DNA of 64,000 nucleotides from an uncultured Candidatus Saccharibacteria bacterium (lineage in GTDB: Bacteria > Patescibacteriota > Minisyncoccia > UBA6257 > 2-01-FULL-56-20). A program made the translations under genes and the position numbers. Under the pieces are notes generated by a model. It saw only the letters and a list, made by a program, of their open reading frames with translations. It did not search any database and was not told where the DNA came from. The stretch lies in the NCBI GenBank assembly GCA_964530925.1, contig CAZHBZ010000003.1, positions 33-64,032 of the forward strand. The letters run 5' to 3'. Below, one piece after another: positions 1 to 7,430 of the stretch (position 1 is the first letter of the stretch; each line of letters opens with the position of its first letter).

Positions 1-133
1 CACAAGCCCAGCGGATTTTTTTATCAAAAAGATATAAAATTAAAGAACGATGCGGAAAGATCTAAAAATCGGAATTGCGATCGAAAAACGCCTAAATAAT
101 TCACTTTTTCCAAGCTTAGGTTATAATTGTTGA

Positions 134-931
134 ATGTCTGCCCGTAAAAACGGCAAGAAAGAAAATTTGATACTGGTGCATTCCTTTCCGACCAACAGCA
201 TTCTTCTGGCCGGCTTAACGGAATACTTGGATGACTTTTTTAATGTGTATTTTATAGATTTGCCGGGATTTACCGGTGAGGTCAGACCATTAAAGAGAGT
301 ATCTCTAAAAAGATATTCCAACTTTCTAAATAGTAAAATAAAAAAATTAAATTTAAATCATTTTGTAATTGGAGGGATCTCTTTTGGCTTTGCAGTTGTT
401 AATGACGTGAATTTGGATAAGAGAAAGTGCCGCGCGATATTTGCCATTGAACCATACATAAACTGCGAGTATTTACATCAAGGTTTTATTCAAAGATTTT
501 TGTATACACACATGCTAGAGGCTTTTGTCCATAAACCTTCGGCGATAGATAGAGTGTGGCACTCTGATTTTTCCAAGCGAGTTTTAGCATTTTTATCTGG
601 CCAGACTGCCGAAAGAATGGATATGATAATGAAGGAAATCGACGGAAGGACTTTTTTTAATACTGCATTATGCATTATTGAGAATAAAAAAGACATAAAA
701 TTTAAGAAAGATATACCTTACGTTTTATTCGTAAACAATAACGATGAAACGGTTGCAGCCGCAAAAATAGTAGCCTTGTTTGAGAAGTCTATTCCGCAAA
801 ATAATCTCTTAGTGATATATACGGATATTGATCATTATCCTAAAGATGTTTCTAAAAAGTATTTTAAGAGCAAATTGTCGGATAAAAAGGTTAAAACCGT
901 TGTTTCATGGCTAAGTCAAAAAATTACTTAG
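134..931 (+). CDS. alpha/beta-hydrolase fold protein (putative esterase/lipase)
   Basis: GxSxG nucleophile elbow (GGISFG) and overall alpha/beta hydrolase layout; complete ORF. Confidence 0.5.
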   Translation: MSARKNGKKENLILVHSFPTNSILLAGLTEYLDDFFNVYFIDLPGFTGEVRPLKRVSLKRYSNFLNSKIKKLNLNHFVIGGISFGFAVVNDVNLDKRKCRAIFAIEPYINCEYLHQGFIQRFLYTHMLEAFVHKPSAIDRVWHSDFSKRVLAFLSGQTAERMDMIMKEIDGRTFFNTALCIIENKKDIKFKKDIPYVLFVNNNDETVAAAKIVALFEKSIPQNNLLVIYTDIDHYPKDVSKKYFKSKLSDKKVKTVVSWLSQKIT

Positions 932-932
932 A

Positions 933-1409
933 ATGAGAGGAATTTGGAAAGAAGGGTCGATTATTGATTTTTGGTCGTTGAATCATTTTTTGTTTGGCGC
1001 GACCCTAGTTTTGGTCTTGCGTAAACTGAAGTTGCATTTTTGGCAGGCTTTTGCTGTTGCGGCGGTAACATTCATTTTCTGGGAAGTATTTGAAGTTATC
1101 CTTAAGGTGGCTGAGACTTCGGTTAATCACTTGATGGATATAGTTGTGGCAATGGCGGGTTTTTTATTGTTTTGGGCGGAGAGGAAACAAAATTACTTTA
1201 AATCGATAATACCGGTTTATGTAATTTTGGAAGTATGGGGTTATTTAACGATGTTTGGTCTGGCAAGCAGCCAATTTATAGAAATTCAATATTTAGTATA
1301 TATAGCTATAGTCGTAGTTTACGGGGTATATTGTTACTTTGTTCAGAATTCAATGCTCGGAAAGCGTACTATCAAGGTTGTTGTGCCTGATATGGGATCC
1401 GATCAGTAA
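933..1409 (+). CDS. hypothetical integral membrane protein
   Basis: ORF with several hydrophobic helices directly downstream of the hydrolase gene (1 nt gap). Confidence 0.4.
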   Translation: MRGIWKEGSIIDFWSLNHFLFGATLVLVLRKLKLHFWQAFAVAAVTFIFWEVFEVILKVAETSVNHLMDIVVAMAGFLLFWAERKQNYFKSIIPVYVILEVWGYLTMFGLASSQFIEIQYLVYIAIVVVYGVYCYFVQNSMLGKRTIKVVVPDMGSDQ

Positions 1410-1465
1410 TCGCATAATGTTCGTTTTTTTCAGATTTAATAAATCTCCATTATAAAAATATCCAA

Positions 1466-2326
1466 ATGGTCAAGAAGAAAAAAATCGGAATCGCGCTCGG
1501 CGGGGGAGGAGCGAGAGGTCTTGCCCATATCGGCGTTTTGAGAGCGCTTTCTGAGGCGGGAATAAAACCGGATATTATCGCCGGCACCAGCATGGGTTCG
1601 GTTGTCGGGGGGTGGGTAGCTTGCGGTCATCCGCTCGAGGATCTCGAAGAACTATTTTTAAAATTGGGAGAGAAAGGGACGCTTTCACCAAAAAAAATAA
1701 TGTCCCGCGGCGACGGAGTGCTTTTTAACGATATAGAGATGCAGTCGCAATTGGAAAAAAAACTTGCCCACCGGCAGATAGAAAAATGTGACATAAAATT
1801 TGCGGCAATTGCCACGGATGTTAGTAATGGAGAGGAAACAGTTTTGGATTCCGGGAGCCTTGCTTTGGCGATTAAGGCTTCTAGCTCGCTGCCCTTGGCT
1901 TTCAAGCCGGTAAAGATCGGGGAGAAACTTTTGGTGGACGGCGCGTTTTCAAACCCGGTTCCAGCGGATGTCGTCCGGAGAATGGGCGCGGATGTCGTTA
2001 TCGCCGTAGACGTTTCTTCTCGCTGGGTAAATATTTTTGAACAAGAGGTAAAGCTGACCAATATACGTTTCATGATAGAAAATTCTCTGCAGGTCGCGGA
2101 ATATCAGTTGGCAAAGGAACACGTGAAAGGCGCAAACGTGGTTTTGAAGCCCGCGGTGACCCATCACAGTTGGCTGGATTTCGGCCAGACCTCGGACATT
2201 ATCGCCGAAGGCTATAAAGAAGCGCGCTCCAATTTAAAAGATATCGCGAAAGTGGCGCATGCCAAATTACCGGAGAAATCTCCGTTCGAGAGATTTATGG
2301 ATTTTATTTTATATCAGAAGGACTAG
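1466..2326 (+). CDS. patatin-like phospholipase
   Basis: GGGxRG oxyanion motif (LGGGGARG), GxSxG (GTSMG) and DGA/G catalytic Asp motif (VDGAFS). Confidence 0.85.
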   Translation: MVKKKKIGIALGGGGARGLAHIGVLRALSEAGIKPDIIAGTSMGSVVGGWVACGHPLEDLEELFLKLGEKGTLSPKKIMSRGDGVLFNDIEMQSQLEKKLAHRQIEKCDIKFAAIATDVSNGEETVLDSGSLALAIKASSSLPLAFKPVKIGEKLLVDGAFSNPVPADVVRRMGADVVIAVDVSSRWVNIFEQEVKLTNIRFMIENSLQVAEYQLAKEHVKGANVVLKPAVTHHSWLDFGQTSDIIAEGYKEARSNLKDIAKVAHAKLPEKSPFERFMDFILYQKD

Positions 2327-2427
2327 GGATTCGATTTCTGGTCATTCCGAGCTTTGCGCGCTCGCCTGCCGGTAGGCAGGGAATCTGTGCCGTATTCTGC
2401 GGTTTAATTCGGGCTATTCCCCAACAC

Positions 2428-2455
2428 TTGACTTTTTATGTGTAGGTGTTATACT
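2428..2455 (+). promoter_or_regulatory. sigma70-like promoter (TTGACT-16nt-TATACT) driving the downstream non-coding region
   Basis: near-consensus -35/-10 hexamers with 16 nt spacer seen directly in sequence. Confidence 0.5.
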
Positions 2456-2461
2456 CCCGAC

Positions 2462-2981
2462 AATGGTTTGCGGAGCCTGTTGCGGCGTTGAAACAAGCCA
2501 GAGTAGGAGGACGCTCCGCGAAGCGGGGTCTCTGCCCGAAAAGCTTCTCACCGGCTAGCCAAGGTGAGGGAGGCGTGACCTGCGTGCCCCTGCAAAGGTC
2601 ACACCGTGTCTCCGGTTAAAGTTTCAGCGGGCTAAATGAAGGGACGACGGTTTGTGCCCCTGCTGCCGTCAGCTCCCGGGTTGATAGTAAAAGATTTCAG
2701 CGGGCGAAGGGTGTGCGTGGGGTTGGCGCAAAGTCGCCCCACGCGCACCCGTTCTTTCAAAAATTTCGGCGGAAAGGGTTAAACCTTCATGAGCATGGCT
2801 CTCCTTTGCGAGAGCCGGGCCAATTAAACTTCGCCCCGCCCGCCGTTGGGTCGCAGTCTTGCGAGATGTCTCTCGCTTGCCCGAGTGGGGGGACGCCTCT
2901 CTCTGCCAAATGCTGCGTTTGTAGCTCGCCCCTTCGGCCCCGAGTCATTCGGGAACCAGCCGGAGGGGCTTTTTCTTTTTT
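2462..2981 (+). ncRNA. candidate large structured RNA (unclassified, about 520 nt), GC-rich, bounded by a terminator
   Basis: about 60% GC in a 45% GC genome; only non-protein-like ORFs; many local hairpins (e.g. GCGGAGC...GCTCCGC, GTGACC...GGTCAC, GTGCGTGGGG...CCCCACGCGCAC); ends in a GC stem plus T-run at 2925-2981. Confidence 0.4.
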
Positions 2982-3005
2982 GTGGAAGTTATTAACATTT
3001 AGCAA

Positions 3006-4268
3006 ATGGATCAAAAGAAGTTATATCAAAATCTTCCCGACACCCCCGGGGTATACCTCATGAAGAATTTCAAGGAGGATGTCATTTATGTCGGCAAAGC
3101 GGCGAATTTAAAGCGCCGGGTTTCGAGTTACTTTAATCGTCCTCACGAACACCGTATTCAAAAAATGGTTGGAGAGATACGTGACATCGAAACGAGAAAT
3201 ACAGACACAGCTATAGAGGCATTGATACTTGAGGCGGAACTCATCAAAAAAATCCAACCGCCATATAACGTTCTAGAAAAAGACGATAAGAGTTTTTTGT
3301 ACGTGGAAATCACCAAAGAAAAATTTCCGCGGGTGCTTTTGGTGCGAGGCAAGGATCTTTTGTCGCGACCCTACTTGGCTAAAGCTACGAAGAGCAAGGG
3401 AAGAAAACCCAGCGCCGCTTACGGTCCGTTTACTTCCGCCTCTTCGCTCAAAGAAGCGATGCGAATTTTGCGAAAGATATTTCCGTGGTCCCTACATAGT
3501 GACCCGAATGACCCGAAAGGCATTCGAATAACACAAAAAAAAGCGCGTCCGTGTTTCGATTACGAGATCGGTCTCTGCCCTGGAACTTGCGTCGGAGCGA
3601 TTACAAGCGCGGATTATAAGAAGCGAATCGAAAAGCTGAAGATGTTTTTTGCCGGGAAAAAAGTAAAGCTCATTAAAGATCTGGAAAAAGAAATGGCATT
3701 CGCCAGCAAAAAACTGGAGTTTGAAGAAGCGCAAAGATTGAGGCGGCAAATATTCGCTCTGCAACACATCCAGGACGTCGCCCTTATCAAAGACGACTCA
3801 CTATCTACTAATAACTATCTACCATCTACTGTTCGTATCGAGGGTTACGACATCTCGAATCTCTCGGGAGAATCCGCCGTCGGTTCAATGGTGGTTTTCG
3901 TGGGGGGCGAACCTGATAAGAAAGAATATCGGAAATTTAAGATACAGAATTTTTCCGAACCCAACGATGTTGGGATGATGAAGGAAATTATCCGCAGGCG
4001 TCTCGGGAATTCGTGGCCTTTGCCGGAGCTTATCCTCGTCGATGGCGGGGCGGGGCAAATCAACGCGATAAAAAAAGTTTTGGATGAGAACGGCCTCAGG
4101 ATTCATGTGCTTGGCATGGTTAAGGGGCCGGACAGGAAGCGGACGGATATTATCGGTATTATCCCCAAAGGGATAAATAAGGACACGCTTATAAGGGTGC
4201 GCGACGAAGCTCACCGTTTTGCCATTACTTATCACAAGCAGGTGAGGGCCAATAGATTTTTTAAATAA
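3006..4268 (+). CDS. uvrC: excinuclease ABC subunit C (short form lacking C-terminal HhH2)
   Basis: GIY-YIG motif (GVYLMK...IYVGKAANLKRR), Cys-rich region, UVR motif (EFEEAQRLRRQI), C-terminal UvrC RNaseH-like endonuclease domain. Confidence 0.8.
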   Translation: MDQKKLYQNLPDTPGVYLMKNFKEDVIYVGKAANLKRRVSSYFNRPHEHRIQKMVGEIRDIETRNTDTAIEALILEAELIKKIQPPYNVLEKDDKSFLYVEITKEKFPRVLLVRGKDLLSRPYLAKATKSKGRKPSAAYGPFTSASSLKEAMRILRKIFPWSLHSDPNDPKGIRITQKKARPCFDYEIGLCPGTCVGAITSADYKKRIEKLKMFFAGKKVKLIKDLEKEMAFASKKLEFEEAQRLRRQIFALQHIQDVALIKDDSLSTNNYLPSTVRIEGYDISNLSGESAVGSMVVFVGGEPDKKEYRKFKIQNFSEPNDVGMMKEIIRRRLGNSWPLPELILVDGGAGQINAIKKVLDENGLRIHVLGMVKGPDRKRTDIIGIIPKGINKDTLIRVRDEAHRFAITYHKQVRANRFFK

Positions 4269-4292
4269 TCCCGATTTGGATTGTTCTTAAAT

Positions 4293-4322
4293 CACCCTTT
4301 TGCCAAGCTTGGCAAAAGGGTG
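4293..4322. terminator. 30 bp perfect palindrome CACCCTTTTGCCAAGCTTGGCAAAAGGGTG, bidirectional terminator between convergent genes
   Basis: perfect inverted repeat between uvrC (+) and the cupredoxin gene (-). Confidence 0.55.
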
Positions 4323-4414
4323 ATTGATAAGAATTTTCGGAGATTTTTTCGGGAGAACAAAAAACCCGCCAGTCCTCCACTCAAATAAACAAGGTGGACC
4401 GGCGGGACAAATGA

Positions 4415-5194
4415 CTACTTCACTGTCATCTTTCCGGTCATATCCGGATGGATATCGCAGTAGAAGTTATAAACTCCGGTCTTCATCGAGGATGTGTCAA
4501 GAATGTAGGATTCTCCGGGATTAAGCGGAATGGAATTCAAAACAGCGGTTACCGCGAGATGATGCTGAATAGAATCATTGTTGGTGAAAGTGACTTTCTG
4601 TCCTTTGGTTACGGAGAAATTATTCGGCGCGAAAGCGGAATTTTGCATTAAGACCGTTGTTATGGTTTCCGGCGTGCCAGGGCGGACAAGAGTTATGATA
4701 CCGCTATCGGTAACCGGCAAATTGTTTCCGGAAAACGCCAAACGAATCTTATATTCGCCAGGCGTCACGCTTATCCGCGAAGCATTGGTCGCGGAAATGG
4801 AAATATAGGTAGTGTCCCAGCTGTAAGAGGTTTGGTCGGGCCCAAAAGTTGGCAAGATTACACCCAGGCTTTGTCCGCTCGCGGACATTAAATAGATTAC
4901 TCCGGTAACTCCCGCGGCGCGGCTCCAGGAGATGGTATTTAATTTGCCGATTTCCCATTTGGCGCCGGCAAGAGGCGCGGTGACGCTTATGGCAGATTTA
5001 ACGATGGGGGTGGGGGATTTTCCAGTGGTGTTACCGGTTCCTCCGGTTGGCGCGGTTTGTTCGCCATTCTGGGTCCCGGTGGCCGCGCCAGGAACCTCTC
5101 CGGTTGGAGCTGCTGTTTTCGACCAATTGAGTACAAGCGCGGCGATGACGACTAGCGCCACTACGCCGACAGCGATCAATATTTTTTGTTTCAT
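4415..5194 (-). CDS. membrane-anchored/secreted cupredoxin (plastocyanin/azurin-like type 1 copper protein)
   Basis: N-terminal TM/signal segment; C-terminal HH...YNFYCDIHPDMTGKMTV with His/Cys/His/Met type-1 Cu ligand spacing. Confidence 0.6.
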   Translation of the reverse strand: MKQKILIAVGVVALVVIAALVLNWSKTAAPTGEVPGAATGTQNGEQTAPTGGTGNTTGKSPTPIVKSAISVTAPLAGAKWEIGKLNTISWSRAAGVTGVIYLMSASGQSLGVILPTFGPDQTSYSWDTTYISISATNASRISVTPGEYKIRLAFSGNNLPVTDSGIITLVRPGTPETITTVLMQNSAFAPNNFSVTKGQKVTFTNNDSIQHHLAVTAVLNSIPLNPGESYILDTSSMKTGVYNFYCDIHPDMTGKMTVK

Positions 5195-5361
5195 CCCGTT
5201 AGAAGCAGATCGCGATCAGGTCGATCTGCATTTTTGTTTATTTAATCGACTTAATTTTTATTTTTTATTATATCCTCGGAGAAGTCGTGATCGCGGCTTC
5301 TAACGGGATTTACATCTAAAGTATACCAAACGGCTAACGTGAGAAATGTTATAATTCAAAT

Positions 5362-5886
5362 ATGGAACAAATAAACGCAACCGACAATAAATCATTAAAA
5401 AAGGCCTCGCCCAAAGACTTTTTCCTGCATCTTTTTACGATGGGTCTTTTGTATTACTCAGCCGTAAGTTTCCTTGTGCTGATCTTTCAGCTGGTAGATA
5501 AATATTTTCCGGAAACCTTAAATACCTACGGAGGGTATTCTCCGGTGAGTTACGCCGATTCCGCAATCCGGTTTGCCATCTCGAGTTTGGTGGTGCTTTT
5601 CCCGTTATTTCTTTATCTTAATAACTATCTTCACAAGCAGTACGAAAAAGATTCGGATAAAAAGCACCTACGAATTCGTAAATGGCTTGTATACCTTACG
5701 CTCTTTGTTTCCGCTATCACTTTGGCTGGAGATTTGATAGCGACGATAAATAAATTTTTGGATGGTTTCCCGCCGATATCCTTTATCTTGAAAGCGATTT
5801 CGATATTTGTCGTGGCCGGAGGCGTTTTCTATTATTACCTTGTCGATATAAGGGCCGCGGAGACGCAGGAAGAAACACACGTCTAA
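5362..5886 (+). CDS. hypothetical integral membrane protein
   Basis: four predicted TM helices; no recognisable motif. Confidence 0.4.
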   Translation: MEQINATDNKSLKKASPKDFFLHLFTMGLLYYSAVSFLVLIFQLVDKYFPETLNTYGGYSPVSYADSAIRFAISSLVVLFPLFLYLNNYLHKQYEKDSDKKHLRIRKWLVYLTLFVSAITLAGDLIATINKFLDGFPPISFILKAISIFVVAGGVFYYYLVDIRAAETQEETHV

Positions 5887-5893
5887 GCCTAAA

Positions 5894-6349
5894 ATGAAGA
5901 TACTTGGATATTTTTTTGTGGGATTAGTTGTTGTCGCCATAGCTTTCGGTCTTTGGAGCATCGGCGGTCCGGGAGCTGCCAAGATGCAGAGGCTGGATAA
6001 CCAAAGAATAAGCGACCTAGAGAGCCTTCAATACCAGATAATTTATTATTGGCAGGGGAAGCAAACGCTACCCATAGCTCTTTCGGATTTGATTGACACG
6101 ACTCGCGGAGTTTACGTCCCGGTAGATCCGGAAACTGGCGCGGCGTATTCGTATAAGACGATGGGGGAGTTGAGTTTCGAGCTTTGCGCGAATTTCGCGA
6201 AAGAGTATAGAGTGTCTACTGTTTCGCCCGCTTTGCCATATGAAACGAAACCAACCGGATTTATGACCGGTTCATGGGATCATCCCGCGGGGGAGTATTG
6301 CTTCACGCGAACTATCGACAAAGATTTCTATAAACCGCTAGATAAATAA
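5894..6349 (+). CDS. hypothetical N-terminally anchored protein
   Basis: single N-terminal TM helix then soluble domain. Confidence 0.4.
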   Translation: MKILGYFFVGLVVVAIAFGLWSIGGPGAAKMQRLDNQRISDLESLQYQIIYYWQGKQTLPIALSDLIDTTRGVYVPVDPETGAAYSYKTMGELSFELCANFAKEYRVSTVSPALPYETKPTGFMTGSWDHPAGEYCFTRTIDKDFYKPLDK

Positions 6350-6396
6350 TTTTTATTTAAAACCCCCAAACCTTTTGGGTTCAGGGGTGTGACGGT

Positions 6397-6648
6397 TCAA
6401 CTCTTTTGCTTGAGGAGGCTGCGGGCTTTTACGTCGCGGATGATCGCGTTTCCCGCGCTCTTCATGATTTTCGGCGCGTCTTTGCCGAAGTTCTCGGCGA
6501 AGGTCGCGGCATCCAGAAGGGCCGAAACGAACGCTACTTCGTTGTGATTTTCGGCTTCTTTGAAACCGATATCCGAAAAGGCCTTAAGGTCTTTTCGTTT
6601 GAGCGTCGCGAAGATTCTTGCGAGCTCCCGGACTGTTTTTGTGTCCAT
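6397..6648 (-). CDS. hypothetical small protein (GC-rich patch)
   Basis: ORF 10 bp downstream of 6658..7014 on the same strand; likely co-transcribed. Confidence 0.4.
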   Translation of the reverse strand: MDTKTVRELARIFATLKRKDLKAFSDIGFKEAENHNEVAFVSALLDAATFAENFGKDAPKIMKSAGNAIIRDVKARSLLKQKS

Positions 6649-6657
6649 CTTTTCACC

Positions 6658-7014
6658 TTACGGAAGCATGTCCCGCATGATTGATTTTCCGATGGAATTC
6701 TCGGTGTAGGGATTGAAGCGAATGATCTTGACCAGGATGGCGTCGCGCACGAGGCTTACGACCCTTGTCTTGCTGTGCCGTTCCTCGCTGGCTCTGAGGA
6801 ACCAGAAGAGCTTTTCCCGAATCTCCCGCCGAAGCGGTTCCATGCTCGCCTGGTCGAAGAGGGACACGAGGGTTTCCTTGTCGAGCGGACCATCACAGTT
6901 TAGTTCCGCGTCGAGAAAGTTCAGCAGAGCGTCGGTCTTCTTGGGTGATAGCGCGGGCAGGATGGAAAGCAATCCATCTCGTTCCCTCAGCCGGAAGGTC
7001 TTACGTTTGTTCAC
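6658..7014 (-). CDS. hypothetical small alpha-helical protein (possible HEPN-like Rx4-6H motif RASEERH)
   Basis: GTG start with AGGAG RBS; GC-rich relative to flanks. Confidence 0.4.
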   Translation of the reverse strand: MNKRKTFRLRERDGLLSILPALSPKKTDALLNFLDAELNCDGPLDKETLVSLFDQASMEPLRREIREKLFWFLRASEERHSKTRVVSLVRDAILVKIIRFNPYTENSIGKSIMRDMLP

Positions 7015-7071
7015 ATTTTCTCCTTTCTAGTTATTGGATAGCTGCCGCAATATTACTTTTTTTCTTTGGTA

Positions 7072-7100
7072 TTGTCAACCGAATATTTTTAATGTATAAT
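7072..7100 (+). promoter_or_regulatory. sigma70-like promoter TTGTCA-17nt-TATAAT upstream of the typA leader
   Basis: hexamers and spacing seen directly. Confidence 0.5.
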
Positions 7101-7139
7101 TCCCTAACGTAATAACCGGCCGGAAGCCATTTTTTGATT

Positions 7140-7187
7140 ATGGACCCTAAAAATATTAGAAATATCGCAATAATCGCGCAGGTTGAC
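7140..7187 (+). pseudogene. diverged duplicate of the typA start region (encodes MDPKNIRNIAIIAQVD), displaced 5' fragment or decoy uORF
   Basis: 48 nt about 80% identical to 7431..7478, differences mostly at synonymous positions; continues as an 89 aa low-complexity ORF ending at 7403. Confidence 0.45.
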
Positions 7188-7430
7188 GTCGCTTCGCTCC
7201 CTCACAACCTCTCGGTTAGACAGCAAGCTGTCAATCGGTTCGCTCGGATAAAATATCTAATACCTATTTTCTCCTCGCTGCCAATTGAGAGCGAGTTTCC
7301 TACACGGCCACCGTCCGCTCTTGCGGACGGATTATATAGCTTCTGCCCGCTTTGGCGGGCTCCCGTTTCCCCGACCCCCTTCCCGTCAACGTGCTCGGTT
7401 TAACAAAATAATTGAGATTTATATAAATTT

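Noticed and set aside
2462-2981. Assignment of the large GC-rich RNA to RNase P RNA or tmRNA
   Set aside because: The P4 strand motifs (GGAAAGUCCGGGC / ACAGAACCCGGC and type B equivalents) are absent on either strand, as are the tmRNA 5' GGGGCUGAUUCUGGAUUCGAC and 3' tRNA-like T-arm/CCA end. The RNA is left unclassified rather than named.
2713-3063. ORFs 2713..3063 (+) and 2787..3014 (-) inside the GC-rich region
   Set aside because: The translated sequences are Pro/Arg/Gly/Cys-rich nonsense with no start context. They are open frames typical of GC-rich non-coding DNA, and the plus-strand ORF overlaps the uvrC start.
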